64,000 nucleotides of DNA from an uncultured Prevotellaceae bacterium (GCA_900315745.1 ONAG01000003.1:30507-94506), one strand, 5' to 3'; shown: positions 30,343-40,129, counted from the first letter of the stretch. A program made the numbers and translations. The notes: generated from the letters alone by a model not told the origin.

Positions 30343-30858
30343 TTATATTGTCAACTTGCCGTCAGGCAGGTTTGCAGACTTTGCCCCTTCGGTCATCATG
30401 GTGCTGATCTTATCTATCTGCTCGTTTATTCTCGTGCTGAACCACATTGGATTTCGCACATATTTGAACACGTCCTTCTCCTCTCCCGTAGAAACGATGA
30501 CATCTCCATAATTAAGGATTCGTCCCATGACAGACTGTCTTACGTTGATGCTTTCGCATTTCCTGAGCATCAGTTCCTTAGAGTTGCGCATTATGATTCC
30601 CGTCTTGAGAATTATGCGCTTGTTTGTCAGCACGAACTTCTTCCCGTTGTTGATTACCAGATACCATAAAGCAGCGAGCACTATCAAGATGCCGCTGAAT
30701 ATGAGTCGTGTGCCCAGGGTGTTTTCCCCTATGGGTATGAACGGGAACACTATGGCGAGCAGCGCCAATGATATAGGCAGGAGAAACATGATATAGTGGA
30801 ATTTTGCCTCGCAAATCACCACTTCACCCTCCATCATGTTGCTTTTTGTTATCGACAT
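30343..30858 (-). CDS. Membrane protein with bacterial PH (bPH_2) domain
   Basis: Two TM helices then LTNKRIILKTG...QSVMGRILNYGDVIV. Confidence 0.8.
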   Translation of the reverse strand: MSITKSNMMEGEVVICEAKFHYIMFLLPISLALLAIVFPFIPIGENTLGTRLIFSGILIVLAALWYLVINNGKKFVLTNKRIILKTGIIMRNSKELMLRKCESINVRQSVMGRILNYGDVIVSTGEEKDVFKYVRNPMWFSTRINEQIDKISTMMTEGAKSANLPDGKLTI

Positions 30859-30883
30859 ATCTTAAACGTGTTGTTTTCATCAG

Positions 30884-30891
30884 CAAATGTA
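30884..30891 (-). promoter_or_regulatory. -7 promoter box for PH-domain gene
   Basis: TACATTTG on minus strand, TTTG about 22 nt upstream. Confidence 0.6.
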
Positions 30892-31034
30892 GTCATTTTT
30901 TTTTAATTGGATGCAAAAAGGGAGTAAAAAGATGAAGGTACGTGTCTTTTTCGCACCTCTGATTAATCCATCCCTTTTCAATGCAGGTTGAAAATCCATC
31001 ATTTTTAGGTATTGCAGAGAAGCCTGCCAACACT

Positions 31035-31042
31035 TACCTTTG
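31035..31042 (+). promoter_or_regulatory. Orphan -7 promoter box
   Basis: TACCTTTGCACC with TTG about 20 nt upstream; next gene has its own promoter. Confidence 0.6.
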
Positions 31043-31138
31043 CACCGAGAAAGCATAATGACGAAAAAAGGCTCTTTTTTTGTATATGCGGTACAAAATG
31101 TCAAGTTTTATTGACCTATCGTTACGATAGAAACCATT

Positions 31139-31278
31139 GTAAGTGATTCATAATGTTTGTGTATAGTGTTGAATGTCAGACGGGATTATGATATCAGCCC
31201 AACATTCGCAATCAATGGGCTGCCCGTAGTGATACGCGCATCATTCCCTGACATTCTCCCTTTTTCATGAATCCATAC
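31139..31278. ncRNA. Candidate rod-shaped structured RNA
   Basis: Nested stems gattcat/atgaatc, gaatgtca/tgacattc, ggga/tccc, atga/tcat, tatc/gata, agccc/gggct. Confidence 0.35.
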
Positions 31279-31397
31279 CCCTTGTCACTTGGATGTCAGA
31301 TACCTATCAAGCATGAAACAGCACATCAAAGGGTGGAAAACTTCTGTAAAATGTTGTAAAAAAACCAAACATAGGCTGATAGTTGGCAAAAAAGTCG

Positions 31398-31405
31398 TAA
31401 TTTTG
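31398..31405 (+). promoter_or_regulatory. -7 promoter box for GH51 gene
   Basis: TAATTTTGC. Confidence 0.65.
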
Positions 31406-31428
31406 CAAAAACAAACCGCAAGATTACA

Positions 31429-33978
31429 ATGAAATCGTTTCTGTTCACCGCCATCACCATCTGCTTGCTGACGGTGTGTCCATCCACCACAAAAGCCCAA
31501 AACGAGGGCGACGACATCCTCAGACAAATCTTCATCTATTGTCCGGGAGAGCGCGACGGCTTGCATGCCGCCTATCTCGATTTCGACAACATCTGGCATG
31601 AGATAGGACAGCTCTGCGCCTCAGACTACGGTCCTTGGGGAGTGGAGAAAAAGATGTATGAGCCCAACTTGGCAAGAGCCAACGACGGCACTTGGAGGGC
31701 AGTATGGCAATTGAACAACAACACCCCATGCTTTGCCGCCGCATACAGTCCCGACCTGATAACATGGCGGCCTCAGGACTATCCCCTAATGAGCACGAAG
31801 AACTGCTTGCAACCCATAGTCTTCGAAGGAGATGACGGCACCTTCGACATATATTACAAGACAGACACCGACCGACGCTACGTGACCGCCTCGCACGACT
31901 TCCGCACCTTCTCTGCTGACGAGCCAAGCAGCATCAGCGACTTGGCATGGGGAAATACCGGAGTAACGATAGGGGACAAGGTATATCAAGGACAAATTTT
32001 CGACATCAGCCAAGGAGAGCTGATAAACATCCTGACGCATTTCGAGATGCAGCGCAGAGACAGCGAGATGAGTTCGGAGCGAATGGGTGATGATGCCAAC
32101 AGATTCAAGGGGATGAGTGAAGCAAAAGCCAAGCTGACGGTCTTCCCCAACAAGAAAAAGGCAATCAGCGACAAGCTTGTGGGCATATTCTTTGAAGACA
32201 TCAGCTATGCCGCCGATGGAGGATTGTATGCCGAACTGGTGCAGAACAGAGACTTCGAATACAATGCCAAAGACCGCAGGGAATGGAACTCCACCACTGC
32301 GTGGCACTCCACAACAGACATCACTATAGCCACAGACAATCCACTGAGTGAAAACAACCCACACTATGCTGTGCTCGAAAGCGACCCCATAACCAATGAA
32401 GGATGGGATGGCATCTACGACCCTGCACCAGGCAACATCTACGACTTCTCCATGCAGGTGAGGCACATCGACTGCAAGAAAAAGAAATGGCTTGTGCAAC
32501 TGGTCACCTCAGACGGTGATGTTATAGCAGAGAACAAGCTGACAACCAAGGGCACAGGATGGCAAAAGTACGTTCTTGAACTCAACACCAACCAACCCAA
32601 GACACGCCAAGAAGGGAAAAACCATGACTGCCAACTGCGCATCATCCCCCTGAAGAAAGGCAAGGTGGCAGTGGATATGGTGAGTCTCTTCCCCCGAGAG
32701 ACATTCAAAAGCCACAAGAACGGACTTAGAAAAGACCTGGCACAGACCATAGCCGACCTTCATCCCAAATTTGTGAGATTCCCTGGAGGGTGCATGAGCC
32801 ACGGACAAGGACTCGACAACATATACCACTGGCACCACACCGTGGGACCACTGGAAGAACGCAAGCCCGACTTCAACATCTGGCACTATCATCAGACACG
32901 CGGTTTGGGATTCTATGAATATTTCCAATTTTGCGAGGATATCGGTGCAGAGCCACTACCAGTGCTTGCCGCCGGAGTGCCCTGCCAGAACTCAGGAGCC
33001 AACGCCAAGGGGTATGCCGGACAGCAAGGAGGCATACCAATGGCAGACATGCCAGCATATTGTCAGGAGATACTCGACATGATAGAATGGGCAAATGGCG
33101 ACCCTGCCACCAGCAAATGGGCAAAGATGAGAGCCGAAGCGGGACACCCCGCACCATTCAACCTGAAATACGTGGGCATTGGCAACGAAGACATCATCTC
33201 CACCACCTTCGAAGAGCGATATGGCATGATTTGCCAAGCCATAAAGGAGAAATACCCCAACATCATCGTCTGCGGAACAGTTGGTCCTTTCCATGCACCA
33301 TCAGCCGACTATGTTGAGGGATGGGACTACGCCAAGAAACATGCGAACATAATAGACATGGTGGATGAGCATTACTACGAAAGCACGGGGTGGTTCATCA
33401 ACCATCAAGATTATTACGACGACTACGACCGTTCGGCACCCAAAGTATATCTCGGCGAATATGCCGCAAGCACAAATGCAAAGCGCAGCAATGTGGAGAC
33501 AGCACTTGCAGAGGCAATACATCTCTGCAATGTGGAGCGCAATGGCGATGTGGTGGCGATGACATCATACGCCCCGCTGTTGGCAAAGGACAAGCATCAC
33601 AACTGGAATCCGGATCTGATATACTTCACCAACAACAGCGTGCGTACCACTCCGAGCTATGAGACGCAACGCCTTTTCTCCAAATACAGTGGCGACCGCC
33701 ATGTGGCATCCAGCATCTCCGCCGACGAGACCATCAGCCGACGGGTGGTGGCAAGCGTGGTGGAAGACAGCAAAAGTGGACATCGCTACCTCAAGCTCGT
33801 AAACGCACTGCCTGTGGCACTGTCGCTGACCGTGGAAGGCATCACCCTGCCACAAGGCACCACATACGAGGGATTCAATGGAAAGCCCGACAACCAAAGC
33901 GTGACAATAGAACAAGGCTCTTGCAAAGAGGGCACGCTCATATTGCCACCATATTCGATGAGAGTGTATCAATTCTGA
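31429..33978 (+). CDS. GH51 alpha-L-arabinofuranosidase with N-terminal beta-propeller-like extension
   Basis: GGLYAELVQNRDFE, RFPGGC, YVGIGNED acid/base, DEHYY, VYLGEYA nucleophile, YAPLL. Confidence 0.9.
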   Translation: MKSFLFTAITICLLTVCPSTTKAQNEGDDILRQIFIYCPGERDGLHAAYLDFDNIWHEIGQLCASDYGPWGVEKKMYEPNLARANDGTWRAVWQLNNNTPCFAAAYSPDLITWRPQDYPLMSTKNCLQPIVFEGDDGTFDIYYKTDTDRRYVTASHDFRTFSADEPSSISDLAWGNTGVTIGDKVYQGQIFDISQGELINILTHFEMQRRDSEMSSERMGDDANRFKGMSEAKAKLTVFPNKKKAISDKLVGIFFEDISYAADGGLYAELVQNRDFEYNAKDRREWNSTTAWHSTTDITIATDNPLSENNPHYAVLESDPITNEGWDGIYDPAPGNIYDFSMQVRHIDCKKKKWLVQLVTSDGDVIAENKLTTKGTGWQKYVLELNTNQPKTRQEGKNHDCQLRIIPLKKGKVAVDMVSLFPRETFKSHKNGLRKDLAQTIADLHPKFVRFPGGCMSHGQGLDNIYHWHHTVGPLEERKPDFNIWHYHQTRGLGFYEYFQFCEDIGAEPLPVLAAGVPCQNSGANAKGYAGQQGGIPMADMPAYCQEILDMIEWANGDPATSKWAKMRAEAGHPAPFNLKYVGIGNEDIISTTFEERYGMICQAIKEKYPNIIVCGTVGPFHAPSADYVEGWDYAKKHANIIDMVDEHYYESTGWFINHQDYYDDYDRSAPKVYLGEYAASTNAKRSNVETALAEAIHLCNVERNGDVVAMTSYAPLLAKDKHHNWNPDLIYFTNNSVRTTPSYETQRLFSKYSGDRHVASSISADETISRRVVASVVEDSKSGHRYLKLVNALPVALSLTVEGITLPQGTTYEGFNGKPDNQSVTIEQGSCKEGTLILPPYSMRVYQF

Positions 33979-34026
33979 GAAAAACGCCATCACTACAGAT
34001 GACATGCAAATAAAGACAAATTGACT

Positions 34027-35151
34027 ATGACAAAAAGAAAAATAATAGTGGCATTGGCAATTGCCAGTGTCATGACAGTGGCAAACGCACAAACAGCAAC
34101 CGATGTTGCCAACCTACGCAAGAGCGCCAATGCCGGTAACGTGAAAGCTCAGGTGGAATTGGGCAACTGCCTGCTGGGCGGCAAAGGCGTGAGGTCCAAT
34201 TTCACAGAAGCAGTGGAATGGTATTCCAAGGCAGCCCAGCGAGGCAACACCGAAGCCCAATTCAACCTTGCCTACTGCCTGGAAAACGGCTATGGCGTGG
34301 AGAAAGACCTCCACAAAGCAGTGGAATGGTATGGCAAGGCAGCTGCAAAAGGAAACATACAAGCAATGAACAGCATCGGACATTGCTATGACGTGGGAGG
34401 CGAAGGATTCGACAAGAACTATGCCAAGGCAACAGAATGGTATCGCAAGGCAGCCGAAAAAGGGCACGCCGGAGCACAATTCAACCTCGGTCTGTGCTAT
34501 GCTCAGATGAAAGGTGTAGATATAGACTACAAGGAAGCCCTAAAATGGTGGGAGAAAGCAGCCGCCCAAGGCAACAGCAACGCCATCTACAGTCTTGCCT
34601 ACAGCTATCAAAAGGGTGAAGGCGTGGAGAAAGACCCTCATAAAGCATTAGAATACTACATGAGACTCGCCAATGCGGGCGACGCTCGCGCACAATACGA
34701 AGTGGGCAAGATGTACTCCAACGGAGAGGGAGTGGAGCAAAACGACGAGAAGGCATTTGAGTTTTTCTCCAAGAGTGCGGAGAAGGGCTTTGCCTTGTCA
34801 CAGCTCATCATAGGAAGGTACTACGACTCAGGCAGATACGTTGACAAGGACTACGAGTTGGCAGCCAAATGGTATATGAAAGCCGCCGAGCAAGGCAGTC
34901 TGGAGGCACAATACAATATCGGCAACATGTATTTCAACGGCATGGGCATAGAGAAGAACTACGAAGAGGCGTTCAAATGGATGGACAAGGCAGCCCAGCA
35001 AGGTTATGCAGCCGCCCAGACCGGCGTAGGCATCTGCTACTATTACGGCTATGGTGTGAAGCGCAACAGGGAGTTGGGTCGCGAATGGATAAACAAGGCA
35101 GCCATCATGGGCGATAGCTATGCCAAGGAGACTCTGAAAAAACTGAAGTAG
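34027..35151 (+). CDS. Secreted Sel1-like repeat protein
   Basis: Signal peptide and about nine 36-aa repeats A-x-x-W-Y-x-K-A-A-x-x-G...AQFNLG. Confidence 0.93.
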   Translation: MTKRKIIVALAIASVMTVANAQTATDVANLRKSANAGNVKAQVELGNCLLGGKGVRSNFTEAVEWYSKAAQRGNTEAQFNLAYCLENGYGVEKDLHKAVEWYGKAAAKGNIQAMNSIGHCYDVGGEGFDKNYAKATEWYRKAAEKGHAGAQFNLGLCYAQMKGVDIDYKEALKWWEKAAAQGNSNAIYSLAYSYQKGEGVEKDPHKALEYYMRLANAGDARAQYEVGKMYSNGEGVEQNDEKAFEFFSKSAEKGFALSQLIIGRYYDSGRYVDKDYELAAKWYMKAAEQGSLEAQYNIGNMYFNGMGIEKNYEEAFKWMDKAAQQGYAAAQTGVGICYYYGYGVKRNRELGREWINKAAIMGDSYAKETLKKLK

Positions 35152-35854
35152 GACCATTGTTGGGGAGAGAACGATGCTCCACCGACACTTGCACGCTAAA
35201 CGAAGGGTTGAAATTATAGCGCAGAGCCGCCCCTATCCTGTCTCCCAAATCCCCTATGTCGTAGAGAGGATAAGGCACGTGCCCTTGGTTGGAAATAGAC
35301 TTTTGTCCATAGAGATACCCCTCCCAGTGTTCGTTGAAACGATATCCCATGACAGCCGACAAGCCAGCCTCGCGCACAGGCGTGTGGTTCCAATACAAGT
35401 TGTTGAAATACCCTCCAACGGCAAAGGACAGTTTTGATGTCAGCGGCATGGCATACATGGCAGAGATAGTCTGCCCAAAACCCACGCCACCATGCGCATG
35501 TTTGCCAAATTGTGCAAACACAGATGCTCCAAGGCTTACATTCAGTCCCTGGTGCAAGTCCCATGTTGTCCATCCATACCTATAGAAAGGGTAACACCCC
35601 ACAAGCACATGCCCGTCGTGTGTGAAAGAGGGCAGGTGCAAGCTGTCAGTCACGAAAGGTAACGGGCATGCAGGCTCCACTGAAGACAGTCCGTACGGTT
35701 CATACATGCGTATGGAATGCGCGGCATTATAGGTGTCGGCGGGCATCATTTCTGGAGCCACCACTTCTACAACATTGGCAGTGTCGCCAACAATCTCTTG
35801 AGCACCCGCCACCATAGGGAGAAGCATGGCCGTCAATATAATGAATTTTCTCAT
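35105..35854 (-). CDS. Secreted hypothetical protein, probable small outer-membrane beta-barrel
   Basis: Signal peptide MRKFIILTAMLLPMVAGA; alternating aromatic/hydrophobic strands; TATATTTG box at 35861-35868. Confidence 0.6.
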   Translation of the reverse strand: MRKFIILTAMLLPMVAGAQEIVGDTANVVEVVAPEMMPADTYNAAHSIRMYEPYGLSSVEPACPLPFVTDSLHLPSFTHDGHVLVGCYPFYRYGWTTWDLHQGLNVSLGASVFAQFGKHAHGGVGFGQTISAMYAMPLTSKLSFAVGGYFNNLYWNHTPVREAGLSAVMGYRFNEHWEGYLYGQKSISNQGHVPYPLYDIGDLGDRIGAALRYNFNPSFSVQVSVEHRSLPNNGPTSVFSESPWHSYRP

Positions 35855-35922
35855 AGGGTGCAAATATAACGCTTTCCAAGATTGAAGCCAAGTATTTTAA
35901 TTATATTTCACCAAGGAGAAGT

Positions 35923-38667
35923 TTATTTCACTAAAGAGAATAGACCCACAATCCCAAGCCCCGTGAGACTGGCAGCCCCGCCATACATCAGAATGGAACC
36001 GAGCAAGTTGCGTTTCTTTGGTGACTTCTCAACAAAATGGAACACCGTCTGCGACTTGTAAGTCTCGCCAGGCCTTAGAACAGTTGGCGGGAACTCGCTT
36101 TGATTTGGGCTATCAGCGAGATGCATTGTCTCCAAGCACAGAGCCGTTTGTTTCTGGTAAGCCAAGCCACCCTTCCCCACCATGCTGCCGTTTAGTCCAT
36201 TGGCTGTATAAAGATGAAGCACCGGTTCTGTGGTAAATACTTCAAGCATTCTCCCGCTCGCCTCGTCGTACAAAGTGGCTGCCGGGCGCTTTTTGTCACG
36301 GCTGTGCCTCAACACGAAGGAATGGTCGTAGCCCTTGGTAATGCTCATTTGCTCGTCGTATATTTCGATGTCAGTTCCTATGGCTTTTGGCGAAGTGAAA
36401 TCAAAGGGAGTGTTTTTCACCCTCATGAATTTTCCATCAAGGTTTTTCATCTTGTCGTATGTGGCGATATACTTGCCATCAATGAACAATTGCTGCTTCA
36501 ATACTGACGAAGAGAGGTCTCCAGAGATATTGAAGAAATGGTGGTTTGACAGGTTCAACACCGTGGGCTTGTCGGTGACCGCCTGGAAATCCATGGTGAC
36601 GGCGTTGTTGGCAAGAGTGTAAGTCACCTTTACCGTGAGTGTGCCTGGGAATCCATTTTCTCCATCAGGTGAGACATATTTCAAGCACAATGTGGAATCG
36701 CTCTTTTCTTCCACCTCCCACACCTTGTCGGCGAAGCCTGGGTATCCACCATGAGAGATGTGATTGCTGCCCGTCTTCTGCAAGTCATACGACACTCCAT
36801 CGAGGGTGAAGCTGGCATTCTTTATCCTTCCGACATACCTACCCACCACGCTTCCGAAATTCTGCTTTCTCAGATGGTAGTCATCGATGTTGTCGAATCC
36901 GAGCACGACATCCTCAAACTGTCCTTTATTGTTGGGCACCATGAGCGACACCATCCTTGCGCCATAGTTGGTGATGCATGCTTCCATCCCGCTGTTTCTC
37001 AGGACATAAAGAGCCGTTGGCTTGCCTTCCACTTTTGAGACGAACCTCTGCGGGTCGAGCCCCGACATTGTGGTTTCTCTTGGTTTCAGGCTATTAATCA
37101 TCGCCACCATGTTGTGGATGTAAGTTCGTGTTGAGATGCCTTTTACATTTGAATTTTCGTATGGAGACGTGTCATACTCATCGCCTGCCATTGTCTGAGC
37201 GTAAGCATCATCCTCACTTTCCATGTTCATTGTCTGAGGAACAGGCTTGAAAGAGTTCGACACCTGTCTCAGCGTTGATGGCCAATAACCCTCGTCATTT
37301 AGTTTGGATGCTATGTCGTCGGCATCGAGCTCCGGCAAACGGGCACCGACACGATTGCTGAAATCATAAAAATACTCCTTGGGACCCGACTTGGCAGCAG
37401 CCGCGAGAGGCGAGTTCCTGACCAAGTCGGCATGGAACAATCTCTTGCATTGCTGCAAGGCATCCCTTAACCGATTTGGATTGACAGTGGCGAACGAACT
37501 AAAATGAGCAATTGTGCCCTCAGGGTTTTCGTCGGTATAATAATTACCATTAGCCACATTGCCACCTTTACGGTGAACATACAAAGGTCTTCCGTTATCT
37601 GGATTGATGAATCGCGGCACAAGGATTTCACCCTCCTGCAAAGGCATTTTCCTCACCTTTGCCACCAATTCATCAGGCAATTTCAAGCTTTCGAGGAAAT
37701 CAATGGCATCCTTGACGCCATCAAGGTATCTGCTGTCTCCTGTAAGCTTGTAGAACTCCATCATCTTGAGTATCATGTTCATAGTGGTACCCGTATTCAC
37801 CGATCTTGGTTCATACGACCGTGCATGAGCAGGTTTCAGGTCATCAGGAGTATATTGGTCAGCCCATCCTGCCAAAGGCTTGGGTTGCTGGAGGTCGTGC
37901 AGTAGGTTCATAGCCTTCAGTATTGGCTCTTTGAGTTTTTCCATTCCAAGCGATGTGTAGCACTGCATCAGGAAGTCGATGTTGTCCACCATTACATTGT
38001 CGTTGAGTGTCACAAAAGGGGAATAGTCGGCTTTTCCCTTGAAAGGATGGTCGTTCATAAGGGGGAACCGTTGCGGCCATCCCCCGTTGGCATATTGGCT
38101 TTCGAGCACGAAGTCAATAGCTTTTTTCAGAGATGGCAGGAAAGCGTCATCATGTTTTTCAAGATAGAGTCTCAGAATGAATTCCGCACAATGTTTCGTG
38201 ACCCCGTCGTCGAAGGTGGCATTGCCATAGTAATGTTGAAACTCCTCCAATCTCCAGGCTTGTCTTCCCACAGTATTGTACCATTGCAGCAGCGAGTCCT
38301 CTGGTTCAAGATCGAACATGTAGTTCCATCCTCCACAAGGCAGTTGTCCCTGCATTATGCAACGTGCCACGCACACAGCATTCTCGTAGTAGAACTCGTC
38401 TCCAGTGACATGGTAAGCATCGAGGAGCACTTCCCCCACATCCGGTGTGGATGGTGACTGCAGCCACACCATTGTGCGCCTTGCCTCCAATTCTCCCCAC
38501 TGTCTGGAATAGTCGGGCAAATAATTCCATACGAAGCCGCCATTATAAGAAGCCACATCCATCATGTAGGCAGTAGCCTTGTGCATGGCGTGCTTCACTT
38601 CGATGTCACCTCCCCGTGCAAGGATTGTGAAAATAGTGAAAATGAAGGTAAGTATCAGGTGTCTCAT
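35923..38667 (-). CDS. Fusion of PL10 (PelA-type) pectate lyase and aldose 1-epimerase, with C-terminal hydrophobic tail
   Basis: N-half: GGWNY, ATFDDGVT, NGGWPQRFP, TLNDN, WADQY, ARSYEP. From residue about 534 (M at 37068): ITNYGAR, VGRY, SHGG, DGENGFPG, NLSNH, CLET mutarotase motifs. Single uninterrupted frame. Confidence 0.85.
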   Translation of the reverse strand: MRHLILTFIFTIFTILARGGDIEVKHAMHKATAYMMDVASYNGGFVWNYLPDYSRQWGELEARRTMVWLQSPSTPDVGEVLLDAYHVTGDEFYYENAVCVARCIMQGQLPCGGWNYMFDLEPEDSLLQWYNTVGRQAWRLEEFQHYYGNATFDDGVTKHCAEFILRLYLEKHDDAFLPSLKKAIDFVLESQYANGGWPQRFPLMNDHPFKGKADYSPFVTLNDNVMVDNIDFLMQCYTSLGMEKLKEPILKAMNLLHDLQQPKPLAGWADQYTPDDLKPAHARSYEPRSVNTGTTMNMILKMMEFYKLTGDSRYLDGVKDAIDFLESLKLPDELVAKVRKMPLQEGEILVPRFINPDNGRPLYVHRKGGNVANGNYYTDENPEGTIAHFSSFATVNPNRLRDALQQCKRLFHADLVRNSPLAAAAKSGPKEYFYDFSNRVGARLPELDADDIASKLNDEGYWPSTLRQVSNSFKPVPQTMNMESEDDAYAQTMAGDEYDTSPYENSNVKGISTRTYIHNMVAMINSLKPRETTMSGLDPQRFVSKVEGKPTALYVLRNSGMEACITNYGARMVSLMVPNNKGQFEDVVLGFDNIDDYHLRKQNFGSVVGRYVGRIKNASFTLDGVSYDLQKTGSNHISHGGYPGFADKVWEVEEKSDSTLCLKYVSPDGENGFPGTLTVKVTYTLANNAVTMDFQAVTDKPTVLNLSNHHFFNISGDLSSSVLKQQLFIDGKYIATYDKMKNLDGKFMRVKNTPFDFTSPKAIGTDIEIYDEQMSITKGYDHSFVLRHSRDKKRPAATLYDEASGRMLEVFTTEPVLHLYTANGLNGSMVGKGGLAYQKQTALCLETMHLADSPNQSEFPPTVLRPGETYKSQTVFHFVEKSPKKRNLLGSILMYGGAASLTGLGIVGLFSLVK

Positions 38668-38850
38668 GGTCCACTGTATTAGAATTTTCTATTTGATAAT
38701 TAACACTTTTCAATAATTATCGGGTGCTAAATTAGTGAAAAATATTGAATCAGCAAAATTTTTCAAGTATTTTGCCGTTCAAGTTCAAGCCTCCATTCCT
38801 ATCATTTCACTTTTCCCCTCAATAACAAGAGGTAATCAAGCGATCAAACA

Positions 38851-39189
38851 TCAGAGGAAATCCTGCCTCATTGGACTGAAGGTGTCGATGAGTATGCCCG
38901 CCTCCAAGCATTCGCAACCATGTTCCAAGTCAGGTTCCACATAATATCCGTCGCCAGCTTCAAGAACCTTCTCTTCACCACCAATATTTAGTTTGAACTT
39001 GCCTGAAGCAACGTATGTTGCCTGACTGTGATAATGTGTGTGCGGTGTGCCTACAGCACCTTTTTCAAACTTCACCTTCACCATCATCAATTGTCCATCG
39101 TAAGCCATGATTTGGCGTTGTATTCCTGGAGCAGGATTCTGCCATTCCAGTTGTTTCTCCATCTGGTAGGTCTCGCTTCTTGTCTTCAT
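38851..39189 (-). CDS. kdgF: Cupin, KdgF-like (unsaturated uronate ring-opening)
   Basis: RQIMAYDGQLMMVKVKF, HTHYHSQ, EHG, LIDTFSPMRQDFL; immediately upstream of a pectate lyase. Confidence 0.75.
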   Translation of the reverse strand: MKTRSETYQMEKQLEWQNPAPGIQRQIMAYDGQLMMVKVKFEKGAVGTPHTHYHSQATYVASGKFKLNIGGEEKVLEAGDGYYVEPDLEHGCECLEAGILIDTFSPMRQDFL

Positions 39190-39217
39190 GTTTTCAAATT
39201 ATGTAGGTATTAATATA

Positions 39218-40042
39218 TCAATTATTTCCAAATTGTCCTGAAATGGAGTCCAATGCATTAGGGTCCAATTCAAGCAATTGTTTCATGTCTTCCTCTGCGC
39301 CAGCCTTGTCACCCATGGCAAGTCTTAGTGCACCACGTTCCTTGAAAGCCTCTATGGAGAATGGGTTGTGTTCCACCATCTTGTCGTAAATGGCAAGAGC
39401 TTCAGACTGTTGTCCCTTTGCCACCAACACATTGGCTTTCAACTTCATCACATCCTCCACACCTTCTGCCAGTCCATATAGATAGTCGGCATCTTCAGCC
39501 GCTCCTTCCACATCCCCCATGCCCAACAGCAGTCTGCCACGCTCCAGGTAGGCGTCAGCAAATTGCGGGTTGAGCATTATGCACTTTGTGAACATAGCCA
39601 CGGCATTCACCAAGTCGCCTTGCCCTCGCGAAGCCCTGGCGTACAAGAACATCACCTCGGCATTGTCTTTGTCAATCAGCATCGCCTTTTCGCACATCGC
39701 CGCCATGGCATTGTAATCCTCCATCATGTAGTTCACCCGTATCATCATCAAGATGATATTGATGTTGTCGGGTTGCGCCTCGGCAAGGATGTTTAGTTTT
39801 TCGAGAGCCTCACCCAACTGGTCGTTGCGTATGAGAGCTTGTGACAAATAGTCAAGTGTTTCCAAGTCATCTCTCAGTTCGAGTGCTTTTTTGAAACATT
39901 TCACTGCCATGTCCGCCTTGCCCATTCTCAATGCCTTCACGCCATCTGTCTTCAACACGTCGAAGTCACGTGCTTCTTCTCTCTTTCTTTTTTCCTCAGG
40001 AGACTCTTCCTTGCCTCCAAAAAATGATTTCAGGAATCCCAT
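39218..40042 (-). CDS. Tetratricopeptide repeat protein
   Basis: Serial 34-aa helical repeats with A..Y..RG/LA pattern. Confidence 0.85.
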   Translation of the reverse strand: MGFLKSFFGGKEESPEEKRKREEARDFDVLKTDGVKALRMGKADMAVKCFKKALELRDDLETLDYLSQALIRNDQLGEALEKLNILAEAQPDNINIILMMIRVNYMMEDYNAMAAMCEKAMLIDKDNAEVMFLYARASRGQGDLVNAVAMFTKCIMLNPQFADAYLERGRLLLGMGDVEGAAEDADYLYGLAEGVEDVMKLKANVLVAKGQQSEALAIYDKMVEHNPFSIEAFKERGALRLAMGDKAGAEEDMKQLLELDPNALDSISGQFGNN

Positions 40043-40129
40043 GTATTATCAGTTGTTATGGTAATAGGACAATTACACCTTATAATATTATATAGGGAAT
40101 TGTCACGCACCTTGTTTTCTATGTCCTTG

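Noticed and set aside
30880-31104. 74-aa minus-strand ORF in the intergenic region
   Set aside because: Spans two promoter boxes; typical promoter-derived spurious ORF
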